From positions 4,030,001-4,094,000 of the forward strand of contig CM030336.1 in assembly GCA_017654855.1 (NCBI GenBank): a DNA stretch of 64,000 bases. The letters are read 5' to 3'. Below the pieces are notes generated by a model. That model saw only the letters and a program-made list of their open reading frames with translations. It searched no databases and was not told the DNA's origin. Shown here one piece after another: positions 14,609 through 26,429 of this stretch (positions are counted from its first letter, which is position 1; every line of letters starts with the position of its first letter). Source of the stretch: Podospora anserina (lineage: Eukaryota). The translations under genes and the position numbers were made by a program.

Positions 14609-15667
14609 CTAGGGCGAATCCACCTCCATGCTAACATACTCATAATAAGGCAACTCCCTCGCCAACTTCTCCCCCACCCCTCCCACCTCCAAAAAGACCC
14701 CATCATCCGACTCGGGCTCATCCAACTCCTCAATCCTCGACGTCCTCGCCTCATGCTGAAAAATCGAACTCCTCCTTCTCATGTGATGATCCACCATGCT
14801 AACCCGTCTCCTCATCCTCCTCCCCCCCGTCTGGTCCTCCGACGAATTTGGCCCCAGCCAAGGCTTCAAATCCTCCAAATCAGTATCACTCCCGATGCTC
14901 TCACTGATGGTCCTCTTCCCTATGCTCCCGCTCGTCATCCTCCTCTTCTTCTTCTCCTCCCTCCTCTTGATCAAAAACTCGCGATACTCGGCCTCGTCGA
15001 GGTCCGTCTCGTCAGACTCATCGTCGCAATTGAGGTTGTGGAGGCTGAAAATAAACGTCCTGTCTATTACCGCCGGCCGTCTCGTCCTTGAGCGGGAGCG
15101 GCTGCGGTTGGACTCGGCGTATTCAATGTAATCCGGCCGGAGAACCCCATCTCTCTCGTCGTCGCTGTCGGCAAAGTCGGAGAGCTCCTCAATGACGAAA
15201 TTGGAGTCCGTCTCGGCGATGACACGGCCGATTGTGATGGAGGTGGACCGGCCTATCCTGGCCGATATGTGTGGAATCTGGGGTAGAAGTGGGGATGGTT
15301 CTAGTTGTGGTTGTTCAGGGGTCGCGGACCGGGATGGCCCGGCGGGTTGGGAATCGTTGTCGGATTCGTCTTCCGACGACGAGGAAGAGGAACAGCTGGT
15401 GGTTCGTGGTGATAATTGATCTGGCCGACCGCCGTTGAACGCCATCGGAACTCCTCCGGTCGACAAGGGGGGGGGCGCCATGGGCCGGAGGTGATTATGG
15501 TGGTGGTGGTGGTGGTGACGGGAGTGTGGAAGCGGCGGCGGCGTGGGCGCAGACACCCCGGAGGGCGGGGGGCTGCTTTTGCGGCCAAAAACCGGGGAAG
15601 CCGTTCGCGGGGTCTCTGGCGGAGAGGTAGGCCCGACGTTTTGAGAGATTTTCCCGTTGGGCCACAT
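14609..15667 (-). CDS. Hypothetical Ser/Pro/acidic-rich fungal protein
   Basis: 352-aa ORF with coding-like composition, a His run, acidic tracts and a basic cluster (KRREEKKKRRMTSGSIGKRTISESIGSDTD). No domain recognised; the true start could be the later MAPPPL. Confidence 0.75.
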   Translation of the reverse strand: MWPNGKISQNVGPTSPPETPRTASPVFGRKSSPPPSGVSAPTPPPLPHSRHHHHHHHNHLRPMAPPPLSTGGVPMAFNGGRPDQLSPRTTSCSSSSSSEDESDNDSQPAGPSRSATPEQPQLEPSPLLPQIPHISARIGRSTSITIGRVIAETDSNFVIEELSDFADSDDERDGVLRPDYIEYAESNRSRSRSRTRRPAVIDRTFIFSLHNLNCDDESDETDLDEAEYREFLIKRREEKKKRRMTSGSIGKRTISESIGSDTDLEDLKPWLGPNSSEDQTGGRRMRRRVSMVDHHMRRRSSIFQHEARTSRIEELDEPESDDGVFLEVGGVGEKLARELPYYEYVSMEVDSP

Positions 15668-15946
15668 GGTAGGTCTAATAAGTATGGCGATGCAAGATTT
15701 GTTTTTTTTTTTGGACTTGCTGCAAAAACCGGTGACGGAATTTCTATGCCCTCCGTTTCGGATGGGTAAAACAAAAGATGCTTGCTGCTGGGGTAGGTAC
15801 TGTCACAGCGGTGTGTGTCGAGTGGTGCCAGTCTCGTCTGGGGAAACGTCTTATCGATTGCCCGCTCTCGTGGGAGAGAGTGTGGGGGTTACCGAGCAAA
15901 AGAAAAAAAGATGGCGGGGAAAAGATGGAATGGCGCGCGCGCAGGA

Positions 15947-15981
15947 CTGTGCTGTGCTGTGCTGTGCTGTGCTGTGCTGTG
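15947..15981. repeat. (CTGTG)7 pentanucleotide microsatellite
   Basis: Seven perfect CTGTG units read directly, upstream of the 14609-15667 gene. Confidence 0.9.
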
Positions 15982-17957
15982 ATGCGATGCAAGTAATGCT
16001 GGCGGGCGGGCGGAGTGGCGTGAGTAGGTAGATGTACGGTACGGGAACGGGGGGTTTTCAAGGTGTCAAGACCCAAAGAATGAATCTCCAACGAGGAGAA
16101 GATATCGGACTTCGGTTGGTTGTCATGATAATATCGATCCAGAGTCTAGGTGCGGTTCCGTGCAGCCCAGGCTGATTCCCGATATTGGGGAACGTGTCTG
16201 AGCAGGATCGAAAGCAAGCAATCGGGAATTGCGGGGTGCTCGATAAAAAAGGACTGGTTGATTTGCGCCGTTGCGCTACGCTGGTGGTGCCGACGAAGGA
16301 GCTGACTGATGAGGGACTGACTTTGTCTGACGGGTAAGCCAGTGTGTGGAAGCCGGCAGCTCGGAGGGGCGAGGTTGTGTGTCCGGTGTGTGTCGTAGAA
16401 TAAATGAATTGTCCGTCCGAGCAACAGAGGACAAAAACAAAGCAGCTGACAACTCTTATCGGATCCGGAGATGGCTTTTTATCACAGGGCTACTACATAT
16501 ATACTCGGAGTGGTGGGTTGGGCTCCGGACCGAAGAGCCATCCTATACAATTTGGCAAATATTTCTCCTGTGCCTGGCTGCCATGGGTTGCAGCAGGGGT
16601 TTCAAGCCCCCTACTACTAATAACGAAGAAGAGCCGCCAACAGCCGGTTCTTGTCTTGATGGCGGCGCCTTTGGGCAGCAATGCTCCGTCTAATCCCTGA
16701 ACATTTCCCTCAGACGAAATGTTACAGGCGGGACGCAAGCAATCGACATGACAACAAACCGGCCGTCGGTCAGAGAGCCGGATGTCTGAGTCCTCGGCTC
16801 CGTTAGGGGGCGAAGACGGTGTCTTGATGGTTGAGTTGTCACTGTCCCATCGTGTCATCACCACTGCGCAAACGAGCATGGAAGCCCTCGTGCAGCATTC
16901 TCCCGCTGTGTCCGTCCACAAGGCTTGATGTCCGGGCAGGCACCTTTCACAGGGACTGGCAACGAATCAGGGTGTAGAGGCCCACCAAGGTGGACATCAA
17001 AAATAGACTTGTTGTCCAATAAAGAAGACAGAAAAATTATTCTGCCGGCTGCAGGATGCGTGTCTGCTGCTGTGTACGTGGGTGGCAGGAGAGGGAAAAA
17101 ATGCTTGGATGAGCAGATCCCGTTGCCATCTTCGCCGATGCGCATTCATATGCTCACAGGCGCCGGGAGAACTTGGGCTCTGTCATTCCGCAGCTGAGCC
17201 AGATATTGAGGTGTTGTGCTGTGAGAATCCAGAGCTCTTCAAGAGCACCGTGGAGGTTCCAAAAAGGCTGTGGAGCGTGGCATATCCCAGTGCCGGTTGG
17301 GCGTCTCCGTTCCGGCACATGCAGGTCGTGAACAGGGGATCCTTCCATAGCCCTTCACGAGAGCGGGCCGTAGACATCGCCGGTGGAGTGTTGACAATGT
17401 GCTCATCTGTGAGAGGTATGGCATTCGGCCGTTTGAAAAAACGGTGTGTAAGGAATACACGAATACATGATCTCGCAGGAGCTCTTACCGACGAGCCGCG
17501 AGAGGTCCAAAGCTGCTTGTTGAGCGTCAGGTCCGGGTTATCGTAGCTCAGTTGCCATCCATGTGACGGAACCGCTACCGAACAGGCCGAGACAACTGCG
17601 TCATTTGCGACAGGCTGTGGTTAGTAACTCTCAAGCCGGGCACCTTGGATTTACTCAACGTGAGGGTCGTGTCGACTTCGAAAATAACTAAATAATTTGT
17701 AAGAAATGATAACGAGGGGCGCTTCAAGAATTGGTGCCTGTGCCTGTGCCTGTCAATCATTCCCGTCACGTGACAGCGGGGTGATTTATCGCGGGGTTTA
17801 TCGATCTGCCAAGAGATCGGATAACCACCAAGCCCAGCCCAAGCTCTCAATTGTAGATCGCATCTTTGTCTCCCATTCACACCAAAACCCGACGCGACAT
17901 CTTGCCTCCCAGACGCAACATCTTCTTCTCGTCCTACAAGCCCACAACATAATCATA

Positions 17958-18767
17958 ATGTCCTTGATATCAACCCACCTCGCCCAAATCGCCCTCTCCT
18001 GCGAAAGCATAGACAACCTCCCGTACGTCCCCCCCCTCTCCCAAAGTAAACAAAGCTGGAAAACCCCCCCCCCTTCCCCCTTTCTCTAACCGCCCTCCAG
18101 TTTCCCCCCACCGAAAATCTTCACCAACGCCCTCCTTTCCAACCCAGACATCACCTCCCTCATCCGCGACACCGAAGCCCACGAACGCGCCCTCTTCTCC
18201 GTCCCCGCACCCCCACCACCACCAACCACCACTCCCCATCCCGAGCAACCTAAACCCTCCAACCGCAGGCAAACAGTGTTCAACGTCGCCGCCGGAGAAG
18301 TCACCACCGGACCAGCACCCAACTCCTCCACCCGCCGATCCACCGCCGTCGCCGCCGTTTTGGGCGGTGATCTCCACGCGCATCTGACCCGTAGACACAA
18401 GGAAGGCGAGGCCGACATTGAACTACTACTACAAGGTGCCGAGAAGCTTTGTGGTGTCTATGCCTTACCGGGCGCGCTGGAGAGGATACCGCAACTAAGA
18501 AGAAAGTGGGAGATGCAAGGGCATACGCTCGCATATTACGAGCAAAAGGTCGCCGAGCAACAAGAGCAATTGCAGGCCATGAATCAACGAAACGAATGGG
18601 ATGAGGACGAGGAAATGGAGCATGTGGAGGAAAAGGGGGATTACATCACAGAGGAGGATTTGCGGCGGGATGAGGAGGAGCTGAGGAAATTGGAGAGGAA
18701 GAGGCGGGAGCTGCAGGCCAAGTTGAAGAGCTTGGAAGGTGATATTGGGGGGTTGATGGATATTTGA
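17958..18767 (+). CDS. SPC34: DASH/Dam1 kinetochore complex subunit Spc34
   Basis: Exon 1 17958-18022, intron 18023-18100 (GTACGT..CTAAC..CAG), exon 2 18101-18767. Sequence MSLISTHLAQIALSCESIDNLP/FPPPKIFTNALL..DITSLIRDTEAHERALF plus a C-terminal coiled coil. Confidence 0.9.
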
Positions 18768-18859
18768 GCAATGATTGCGCTTTATTCTCATGCGAACAAG
18801 GGACTCTTAGGTTGACAAGAGAGGTTCTATGCGGGATGATCGGCAGGGGTACGTTCAAA

Positions 18860-19662
18860 CTAGCAGCTTACTCCTTCGGAAGAAGCGCTGACAGCAGGAG
18901 CAGAAGCCTTTATCCTCTTCAGAACCTCCACCAACTTCTCGGGATCTTGGGCGCCTTCCACTCTGTACTTTCCATTGATGGTGAAATTCGGCACTCCGGA
19001 CACTCCATCCCGGTACGCCTCCTCAACCTCCTTGTCGACTTCGGGTCCGCCCCTGCCCTCATCGAGCCAGGATTCGACCTCAGCCTTGTCCAGCCCTCCC
19101 TTCTCGCCGGCGGCGATCAGAACGTCATGGGAAGTGATGTCTCCATCTTCCTCGAAATGCAGCTTGAAAAGCGCAGAGATAACACTGTTTTCGAGCTCGT
19201 TCGACTTTGTCTTTGCCAGCTGAACCAGCCGGTGGGCGTCACGGGTGTTTCCGATCCTGGCCTTGAACGAGAAGTTGATGCCCTCGGCTTCGCCGAAGCG
19301 CTTGAGCATCATGGTGGACATGGCCAGGCGGTTGGGATCGCCGAATTTCTTGAGGAGGTGCTCATCGCGGTCAACCGAGGTTTTGGGGAGGGAAGGGTCG
19401 AGGTAGAAGGGGTGCCAATGGATTTTGAAAGTGTCGGAGCTGGCGTTGGGAACGGAGGCTTTGTAGAGGTTGATGGCGCGTTCGAGGCGCTTTTTGCCTA
19501 GATAACACTGGGTTGAGGAGGGGGGGGGAAAGGGTTAGAGGCGCTTGCATGGAGACCATGTTGGTGATTGTGGAGGTGGTGGTCGTGGCATTTGTGTAGG
19601 GCTGAAAGACGTACCCATGGGCATATGGCGTCGGAGACGATTTTGATGTCGAAGGCTGTCAT
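18860..19662 (-). CDS. DsbA/FrnE-like thioredoxin-fold oxidoreductase
   Basis: Exon 1 19662-19615 (MTAFDIKIVSDAICPW), intron 19614-19508, exon 2 19507-18860 (CYLGKKRLERAI...NTRDAHRL...GVSGVPNFTINGKYRVEGAQ). The CPWC motif is split by the intron. Confidence 0.9.
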
Positions 19663-21292
19663 TTTGTTGGAGGTGAGTGGACAGTCACAGGTGTTTTGTA
19701 AAAAATGAAGGTATCAAATTTGGGAATGAGGTTTATGTGAGGAAAAGTGATGATGCCATCGCTGTCTTAAATTTGGAGGTTATCACCCCCTCACCTAATG
19801 GCTGACAAATCCGGATGCGGGCGGCATTTCAGTGAAGGAAGTCTCGACTGGCTGTTCTTTAAGTTGAATGGATATCTTTCTCAAAAATGAAGCTGACCAT
19901 GACCACGATATCCTCAATCAAGGCAACGACAACAAAGTTGACGGACGACAGCAAGTGTTGACGTCGGAGACGGAGTCTCGGTGCTCAGCCCGTTCCATGT
20001 TCCAATCCAGTTGGAGGGGCTGGAGAAGAAGCGGGCTCCATAGTAAGCGCGTTGCCCGTCGCGATTCCTTAACAAGAAAGTGTTAAGATTCAAGGGGAAG
20101 GAAGAAGGGAAGCAAGCGTTGGTCTTTTTGAAGGGGGTGACGCAGCTCTCTTCTGGGTTCTGTCAAAACAGAGAGGTTGGGGAAGCAAGCCCTCAACTGT
20201 GAAAAAGCAGCCAACAATGCGTCACCAGGTGGGACATCTTCCCACTTTACGCGGCGCATAACCCCTGTCTCTAGGCCTTTGCCAAGAGCCGCAAAGCCAG
20301 CTCAGCGCCCGCACCGCAACACCACCCATGTCTAGCTTTTTGCCCGGACAACGGATCCAATGTAAATAAAGTGCGGTGGTTGGGCAACAGGGGACGGGGC
20401 CAGACACACCAGCGACTGGTGAGAGCAGCAGTTGGAGCAGACAGACAAGAAAGCGAGAAAGAAGAGAGAGCGAGAGAAAATACAGATGGCTAACAACAAC
20501 ATCGTCGTCTCTTGATTTTTGGCCTTGTTCCATCTTTTTTTTTTCTTCCCCGGATATCATCCGCTCTTTAACTTGTCCCGTCTCAGAATATACCCTCACT
20601 AGTTAGCTGCCCATACCAGCCACCGACATTTCTGCGATTTTGCGCAAAGCAACATCCCATCCCATCCCACCCCCCCCCCCAATCCCCACCTTGTAAGTTG
20701 CGTTTTCCAGCCTCCATTCTTGTCTTGTTGGTGAAAGCACACACCACACCCACAGCTTTGGGACCTGCAGAATTCCTGACGGTTTTCCCGCCCTTGCATT
20801 CTCCTCTCTCAGTCTGTTGCTCTAACAACTCGATCTCTTTTTTTGCTTCCCACAGTATCACAGACAGACAGACAGACATACACGCCAGTGCAAGTCGTGC
20901 AGATTTTCAAGGGTCTGCCCCGTACATACTGGAGTAGTAGTCCCGTCGTCCCACTTCATTACTCAATTATACTGCAGGTGGTGTAGTCTACCTGTTTGTT
21001 TGTTGTTTGTGTTGTGTGAGAAGAGAGAGAGTACCTTGCGGGTCACACTACGAACGAGTGGCATTCCTAGCGAACTACATCGTCGACGACGATCTATCCG
21101 AGACCTACCAAAAAACAATAGGCGCCACTTACATTCCAACTCCGACAAAAACCAGACTACACTCCTCCTCCTCCTCCTCCTCCTCCTCCAACCGTCACTC
21201 CGGGCGTGTGTTCCTACCGTCGGAGGGCGGGTGTGTGTGGGTTTTATTCTTTGTGAGTGAAAGGGAAGTGTGTGTTGGACGTATAAAAAAAC

Positions 21293-22261
21293 ATGGCGAC
21301 AAGAGTACAATTAGGATGGTACCGTAAGTCTTTTAACCTCAACCAACTGGGCGCATGACCTACCTTTTGCGCTCTCACGGAGAGGAATGCCTCGCTGACT
21401 TCTCTCCCTCAAACCACCAGGATGGGTACCATTCCTCGGCTACCATCACGTGCTGATGATCCTCATCGCCGTGACGATAATCCTGCTCTCCCTCCTCCTA
21501 GCAGGCTGCTCCTCCTCCTCCCCCCTCATCCCCGACATCTTCCTCCTCTCCATCTACTACGAAAAATACACGGCCGTCCCCGACACGGCCCAGGTCGACT
21601 ACCGCGTCTCGGAGGCGATCTCCAACATTGTCGGCGACGCCAGCCTCCAGGCCAGGGTCGGCTACTTTGGCATCTGCATCTCGACCGACGGCGGGAGCTG
21701 GCTGTGCTCCAACAATGCGACCTCGCTGGCGAACGAGATCTCGGTGGAGCAGGACCCGCTGAACCTGATTTGGCTGTCGGCGCAGTTTAAGGATATGATT
21801 GTTTTTCCCTATCTCTTGTAAGTTTCTTCTCTTTCTCTCTCTCTTTCTTTCCCTGTTTTGTTTGTGTGTGCTGACGGATTGGGGGTAGGATCATCGCCAT
21901 CATCTTCGCCTTCATCTGCCTCCTCTTGCTGGCTACCTTTCCCGGCTGGCACGAGGAGGAAGATTCCGAGGGTTCAGAAAGAGAAGTCAAGCCTTTTCCC
22001 TCGAGACCGGTCAGCCAAGTCGCGCTGGCGATTATCTTCATTGCGTCGATTTTTGTGCTGGTTAGTGTGCTGTGGCAGCACACCGCGTCTGTGGCGGCGA
22101 GTATTATCGCGCAGGATTTCGGGAACGGGTCGGTGCTGGCGGGGGTTGGGTCGAGTGCCATGGTGATGGGGTGGTTTAGTTTTACGTTGTTGATTATTGT
22201 TACGATTGGGTTGTTGGTCATGATATTGAGCATGGCGGTTCTGTCGGATATTATGGCTTGA
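21293..22261 (+). CDS. FIG1: Fig1-family Ca2+ influx/membrane-fusion protein (claudin-like)
   Basis: Exons 21293-21323, 21421-21817, 21889-22261. Four hydrophobic segments; LLLAGCSS, RVGYFGIC..WLC, DPLNLIWLS..FKD, KPFPSRPV, LWQHTASVAA. Confidence 0.9.
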
Positions 22262-22615
22262 GGGGAAGGGGGTTATGAATTTATGTTGGGAGGGGATGGG
22301 GATAAGGGGGAGGAGGATTAAGTACATATTTTTACGACAAACGGCGACGACGACAACCTCCGACGGCAAATGATACCCACCACCACCACCACCACCACTA
22401 CCACATACCTAACTATGATTTCTGAATCTTGGGATGAGGATTTTGGGAAAGGGAAGGGAAGGAAAATGTCGTGGGGATATTTGTTCACTTGTTCATGTTT
22501 GGAAGCTCTTTTGTCTGGCTTTTATTTCTATCATGATTTATCTGTCTTTCTCAGCTTGCACATTTTACGGCATGGGTGGGGGGGTGGGGGTTGGCAACTC
22601 AGCAGCACAATATTC

Positions 22616-22635
22616 CTCTCTCTCTCTCTCTCTCC

Positions 22636-22691
<56 letters not shown>
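22616..22691. repeat. Compound (CT)n-(CAA)19 microsatellite
   Basis: CT run 22616-22634 followed by CAA units 22635-22691 in the FIG1 3' region. Confidence 0.9.
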
Positions 22692-22692
<1 letters not shown>

Positions 22693-23264
22693 AAACATGA
22701 ATGTAATGATGGATGGAATATGGAGAAGGAAGGGAGGAGGGAGGGGTATTTATACGAAAGGGAAAGAAAGCAATCATCACGATTACTTGGGATGGGACTG
22801 GATATGGGCGGCTTTTTATACCTTGCTGTTTTTTTGTGTATTGGGGCCGGGGAAGCAAGCGTGCGAGTTTAGGGGGTAAAGCAAGCGTGCAATGATTGCA
22901 AAGTTATGTCTCTGTGAGAGAGAGACGATGGCTGGTCGTGGGAAACTTATACTAGGTAGCGTTTATACAGGAGTTAAAGAGGAGTCGATATGGGCTTGGG
23001 CAAAGAATTGATTTACTGTTTTAGTTGCTTGATGCTGGAAATGGAATATGTGATGTCCTTTGCTTGATTGACTTTATAAATGTTTGTTTGGGCAGTGCAA
23101 CGTTGAAAATTATACGCAACTCAAGTCTCACGTGGAAAGCGCTTGGTTTAACTGCTCTATCAAAGTCGTACACAAAGCTGTACATAAACACATACAAAAG
23201 GGGTATCATCTCTACACCGAGTAAACACCCAAAACTCCAGCCCTGGTGCCGTTCAAAATACAGT

Positions 23265-24509
23265 TCACACATCATGCCTCCTACGACGAGACCGCTCATC
23301 TTCCCTTCCGTTGCCCACCACACCGCCTCTTCTCCTGCCGCTGTCGTTTCTTCCACTGTGCTGACCGCAGTGAGGTGGATCAGGCCTCCAGTGATCACCC
23401 GCCTTATCCTGCCAGCTATAGCCCCTTCCCTCTCTTTCTTCGTCATCCTCCTCCCCGCCATCATACCTACGCTTCCTCCCCTCATCAAGCGAAGGGTACT
23501 GCACCCCCCTATCCCACCCCTCAAGACTAACATTCCCTGGTGGCTCGCCCCGCCACCTCATCCAGTTCTTGAGTTCATGTAAAAAGAGTGCTGTCCTGTC
23601 ATCACCTGTGTCGGGTAGGGTTATATAATCTCTGAGTAGATTCTCGGCGTGGGCGGCTCCGGATGGAGACTGGAGGTCGACGGTTTTGAGCATGGCAATT
23701 ACGTACTCGAGAAGAAACTCCCTGTTTTGATGGATGCTGTCCCCCGCTGAGGGAGCTGCCGCAGTTGGGGGGAAGAAGACCTGCAGTTCTCGGCGGAGGA
23801 AGAGGCGGGCTTTGGATAGGAGATGGGGGGTGGAAGAGAGGACGGCTGGTGAGGGCACGGATGGAGAGTAGCTTGTGTGGGGGGAGGAGCCGATGTCTAG
23901 GGGAGGGGTGTTAGTACCGGAGGGGATACAAACGGGGCGGGGGTGCGGACGCAGAGAGAAGAGGTTGTGCCGGTAGATGTGCTGGCGTCGTTGGAGGGCT
24001 TGGTCGGGGGTGCTGGGTGGTGGTGGTGGCTGATGGTTGCTCTGTCTTCGGCGAAGGTTGCGCCGGACTGGGGGGACTTGGATAGAGGTGACGTCTCCGA
24101 AAAGATATCTCTCGAAATCCAATGGGCCCAATTGGAGAACGTCTGCCGGGTTGGCCGCTCGTGAGACTGTCTGCCGGGCAGGTTGTTCTGGTGTGGGTGC
24201 TAGGGGTGGGACGTTGTAGAGGTGTTCGTTTTGGGTGTCGGCGTCGGTATACCGGACTTGGGTGACGCCTGTTTTGCATAGGGGACAAAAGGGCCGTTGC
24301 TGAAGCCAGCTGGCGAGGCAGAGGAAGTCATAGTTGGAGTGGCCGCATGGGAGGGCGGTCGAGGGGGAGGTGATGGTTTCGAGGCAGATGACGCAGGGGT
24401 TTTCGTCGCTGTCGGAGGACTGGATCGAGGTGAGGGTTAGTTGGAGGACTTGGGATTTGATGTCGGCTGGATTGGCGTCGTCTGGGAGGGGTATTGGTGG
24501 TTCTGCCAT
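23265..24509 (-). CDS. RING-finger E3 ubiquitin ligase (C3HC4-like)
   Basis: Likely ATG 24509 (MAEPPIP). RING CVICLETITSPSTALPCGHSNYDFLCLASWLQQRPFCPLCK; probable 54-nt intron 23950-23897 with TACTAAC; downstream FLRRELQVF and REFLLEYVIAMLKTVD. Confidence 0.82.
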   Translation of the reverse strand: MAEPPIPLPDDANPADIKSQVLQLTLTSIQSSDSDENPCVICLETITSPSTALPCGHSNYDFLCLASWLQQRPFCPLCKTGVTQVRYTDADTQNEHLYNVPPLAPTPEQPARQTVSRAANPADVLQLGPLDFERYLFGDVTSIQVPPVRRNLRRRQSNHQPPPPPSTPDQALQRRQHIYRHNLFSLRPHPRPVCIPSGTNTPPLDIGSSPHTSYSPSVPSPAVLSSTPHLLSKARLFLRRELQVFFPPTAAAPSAGDSIHQNREFLLEYVIAMLKTVDLQSPSGAAHAENLLRDYITLPDTGDDRTALFLHELKNWMRWRGEPPGNVSLEGWDRGVQYPSLDEGRKRRYDGGEEDDEEREGRGYSWQDKAGDHWRPDPPHCGQHSGRNDSGRRRGGVVGNGREDERSRRRRHDV

Positions 24510-24729
24510 TTTGTGATGGGTGTCGGTCGGCTTGTTGACTTGTGCTGGAGGTTCACCCAACAAAATGTATTTGTATCTAGGTACAGAGTATGTATTAAAT
24601 ACATAGAGAGAGCTGCTCTCCTTGAGCGAATCTTTTAAAGCTGGGCTGCAGGGACCTGGAAGAGTCTTGGCGCGCCCCTGCAGTGATCTCATTGTGGGGC
24701 GCGGGGTGGACGTGCTTAAATCTGACAAG

Positions 24730-24745
24730 ACGCGTTTGGACGCGT
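24730..24745. promoter_or_regulatory. Two perfect MCB (ACGCGT) boxes upstream of SLD2
   Basis: ACGCGT at 24730-24735 and 24740-24745, about 105 nt before the SLD2 ATG. Confidence 0.6.
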
Positions 24746-24848
24746 CGAGGTACAAGGTACAGAGGTACCTGGCCATCCTTTTCAAGACAACCAAGACCCT
24801 CCCTCCTCACTTATCACCATCTAATTGCCACACAACCGCATTGCCAGG

Positions 24849-26429
24849 ATGGACGATCAGGCCAGAGCCGAATTCAAGCTCCAATCCCTCCAAGTGCGAG
24901 CCGAGTTGAAAAAATGGGAGACCGACTGGCAAGAAGAACACGGCGGTAACAAGCCAAGCCGCAACGACATTAAGCAGAATCCCGACATTGCCAAAAAGTA
25001 CAAGCAATACAGCAAACTCAGAGACGTCCTCTCGGGCAAGATCCCGCCAGAGGAGCTGTCAAAACCCTCAAGACCAAAATCGTCCTCCCACCGACCACCC
25101 CAGACCCCGTCGAAGCACTCCAAGACGGCACAAACACCACGAAAACATCATGACGCCAATCCATACATGCAGTCCCCAACTGCCCGAACTCCCGGAGCCG
25201 CGACCCCCTCGACAGCCCGCAAGCTCTTCAGCCCAGCCCTCCCAACCTCAATTGGACCAACTCCCCAGAAAGACGGCCGAGTCCTTGGCCTATTCGACCT
25301 CCTAGGCAAAACCCCCTCCAAACCAACCGAATCTCCCTTCCCCAAGCCAATAGGCTCAGCAACCCCCAGCAAACGCCGCACCTCCGAACTAGGCGACCTC
25401 ACAACCCCCTCTGCCAAACGAATCGCCCACGATGCTTCCACCCCTCTCGCCGGAAGAACCAACCTCTTTGGAGCTGTCACCACACCCCTCCACGAAAAGC
25501 CAAACAACACCACCACAACCCCCTCCACAACCCGCAGCAAACTATTCAATACCCCCGCCTTCCTCCGCCGGACCACCCTTCCTCCTCCAGTAGACGAAAC
25601 CGACGAAAACGGCTCCTGGAAAGTCGGCCCCCTCCGTCTTCCCCAAGTTCTAAGCCGCAAAGGCGTCAAGGTCAAAGGTCTCTCCGAAGTCGTCGCCGAT
25701 CTCCGAAAAATAGAAGACGAGGCCCACCAAGATGAAGAAGATGCTCTCCGGGAAATGGAAGCAGAGGAACTCGGCGTACCAGTCACCAAACCTGCCGTTC
25801 CCAAGTTAGCTACAGTACCAGAGGGCGTCGAGACAGAAATCGGGGACGGCCAGACAGTACCACCCCAACCAGCCCAACCCAGATATACCGAAGAGAAACC
25901 TGTCCTGCTATCACATTTCGACGACGAGGCCTACGATGACGAAATAGATCTCAGCAGGGAAGGGGTAGATACGCAAGGCAACCCCCTTCGAGTCTACAAA
26001 AAGCGAGGGCAGAAGCGCACCACAAGAATGGTCAAGATGAAGCCTACCCGTTTCCAGCGCCCTACCGACAACTCTCCCCATGATTCCGACGACGAACCCA
26101 TCCCTGAAACGCAATACCCCGACCAGCCACCTCAGGCTCCTCAAGACGACTTGTTACTCTCTGGCTCGGATTTTGAGGGCAACGACGAGGATGACGACGA
26201 TTTCGACACCCTCAGGCCCACCCCCAAATCTACTGGCAAGGGGGCTAGGAAGACCTTGGCCGAGACAAAAGGGAAGAAGAAGGAGGATGAGAGAGAGGAA
26301 GGGACGGTGAAGAAGGCGGGAAGAAAAGTCAAGGCGACTGCGCATGCGAATTTCAAGAGGCTGAAACTCAAGCAAGGCGGGGCGAAGGGCGGGCCGGGGT
26401 ATAATTCGAGGTTTAGGAGGAGGAGGTAG
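24849..26429 (+). CDS. SLD2: DNA replication regulator Sld2/Drc1
   Basis: N-terminal RAELKKWETDW..HGGNKPSRNDIKQNPDIAKKYKQY, SIGPTPQKDGRVLGLFDLL, many S/T-P CDK-type sites, YKKRGQKRTTRMVKMKP and HANFKRLKLK. Confidence 0.88.
   Translation: MDDQARAEFKLQSLQVRAELKKWETDWQEEHGGNKPSRNDIKQNPDIAKKYKQYSKLRDVLSGKIPPEELSKPSRPKSSSHRPPQTPSKHSKTAQTPRKHHDANPYMQSPTARTPGAATPSTARKLFSPALPTSIGPTPQKDGRVLGLFDLLGKTPSKPTESPFPKPIGSATPSKRRTSELGDLTTPSAKRIAHDASTPLAGRTNLFGAVTTPLHEKPNNTTTTPSTTRSKLFNTPAFLRRTTLPPPVDETDENGSWKVGPLRLPQVLSRKGVKVKGLSEVVADLRKIEDEAHQDEEDALREMEAEELGVPVTKPAVPKLATVPEGVETEIGDGQTVPPQPAQPRYTEEKPVLLSHFDDEAYDDEIDLSREGVDTQGNPLRVYKKRGQKRTTRMVKMKPTRFQRPTDNSPHDSDDEPIPETQYPDQPPQAPQDDLLLSGSDFEGNDEDDDDFDTLRPTPKSTGKGARKTLAETKGKKKEDEREEGTVKKAGRKVKATAHANFKRLKLKQGGAKGGPGYNSRFRRRR

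Noticed and set aside
16100-17600. Several 60-150 aa ORFs between the hypothetical gene and SPC34
   Set aside because: They overlap on both strands, with no codon bias or domain and no consistent exon chain.
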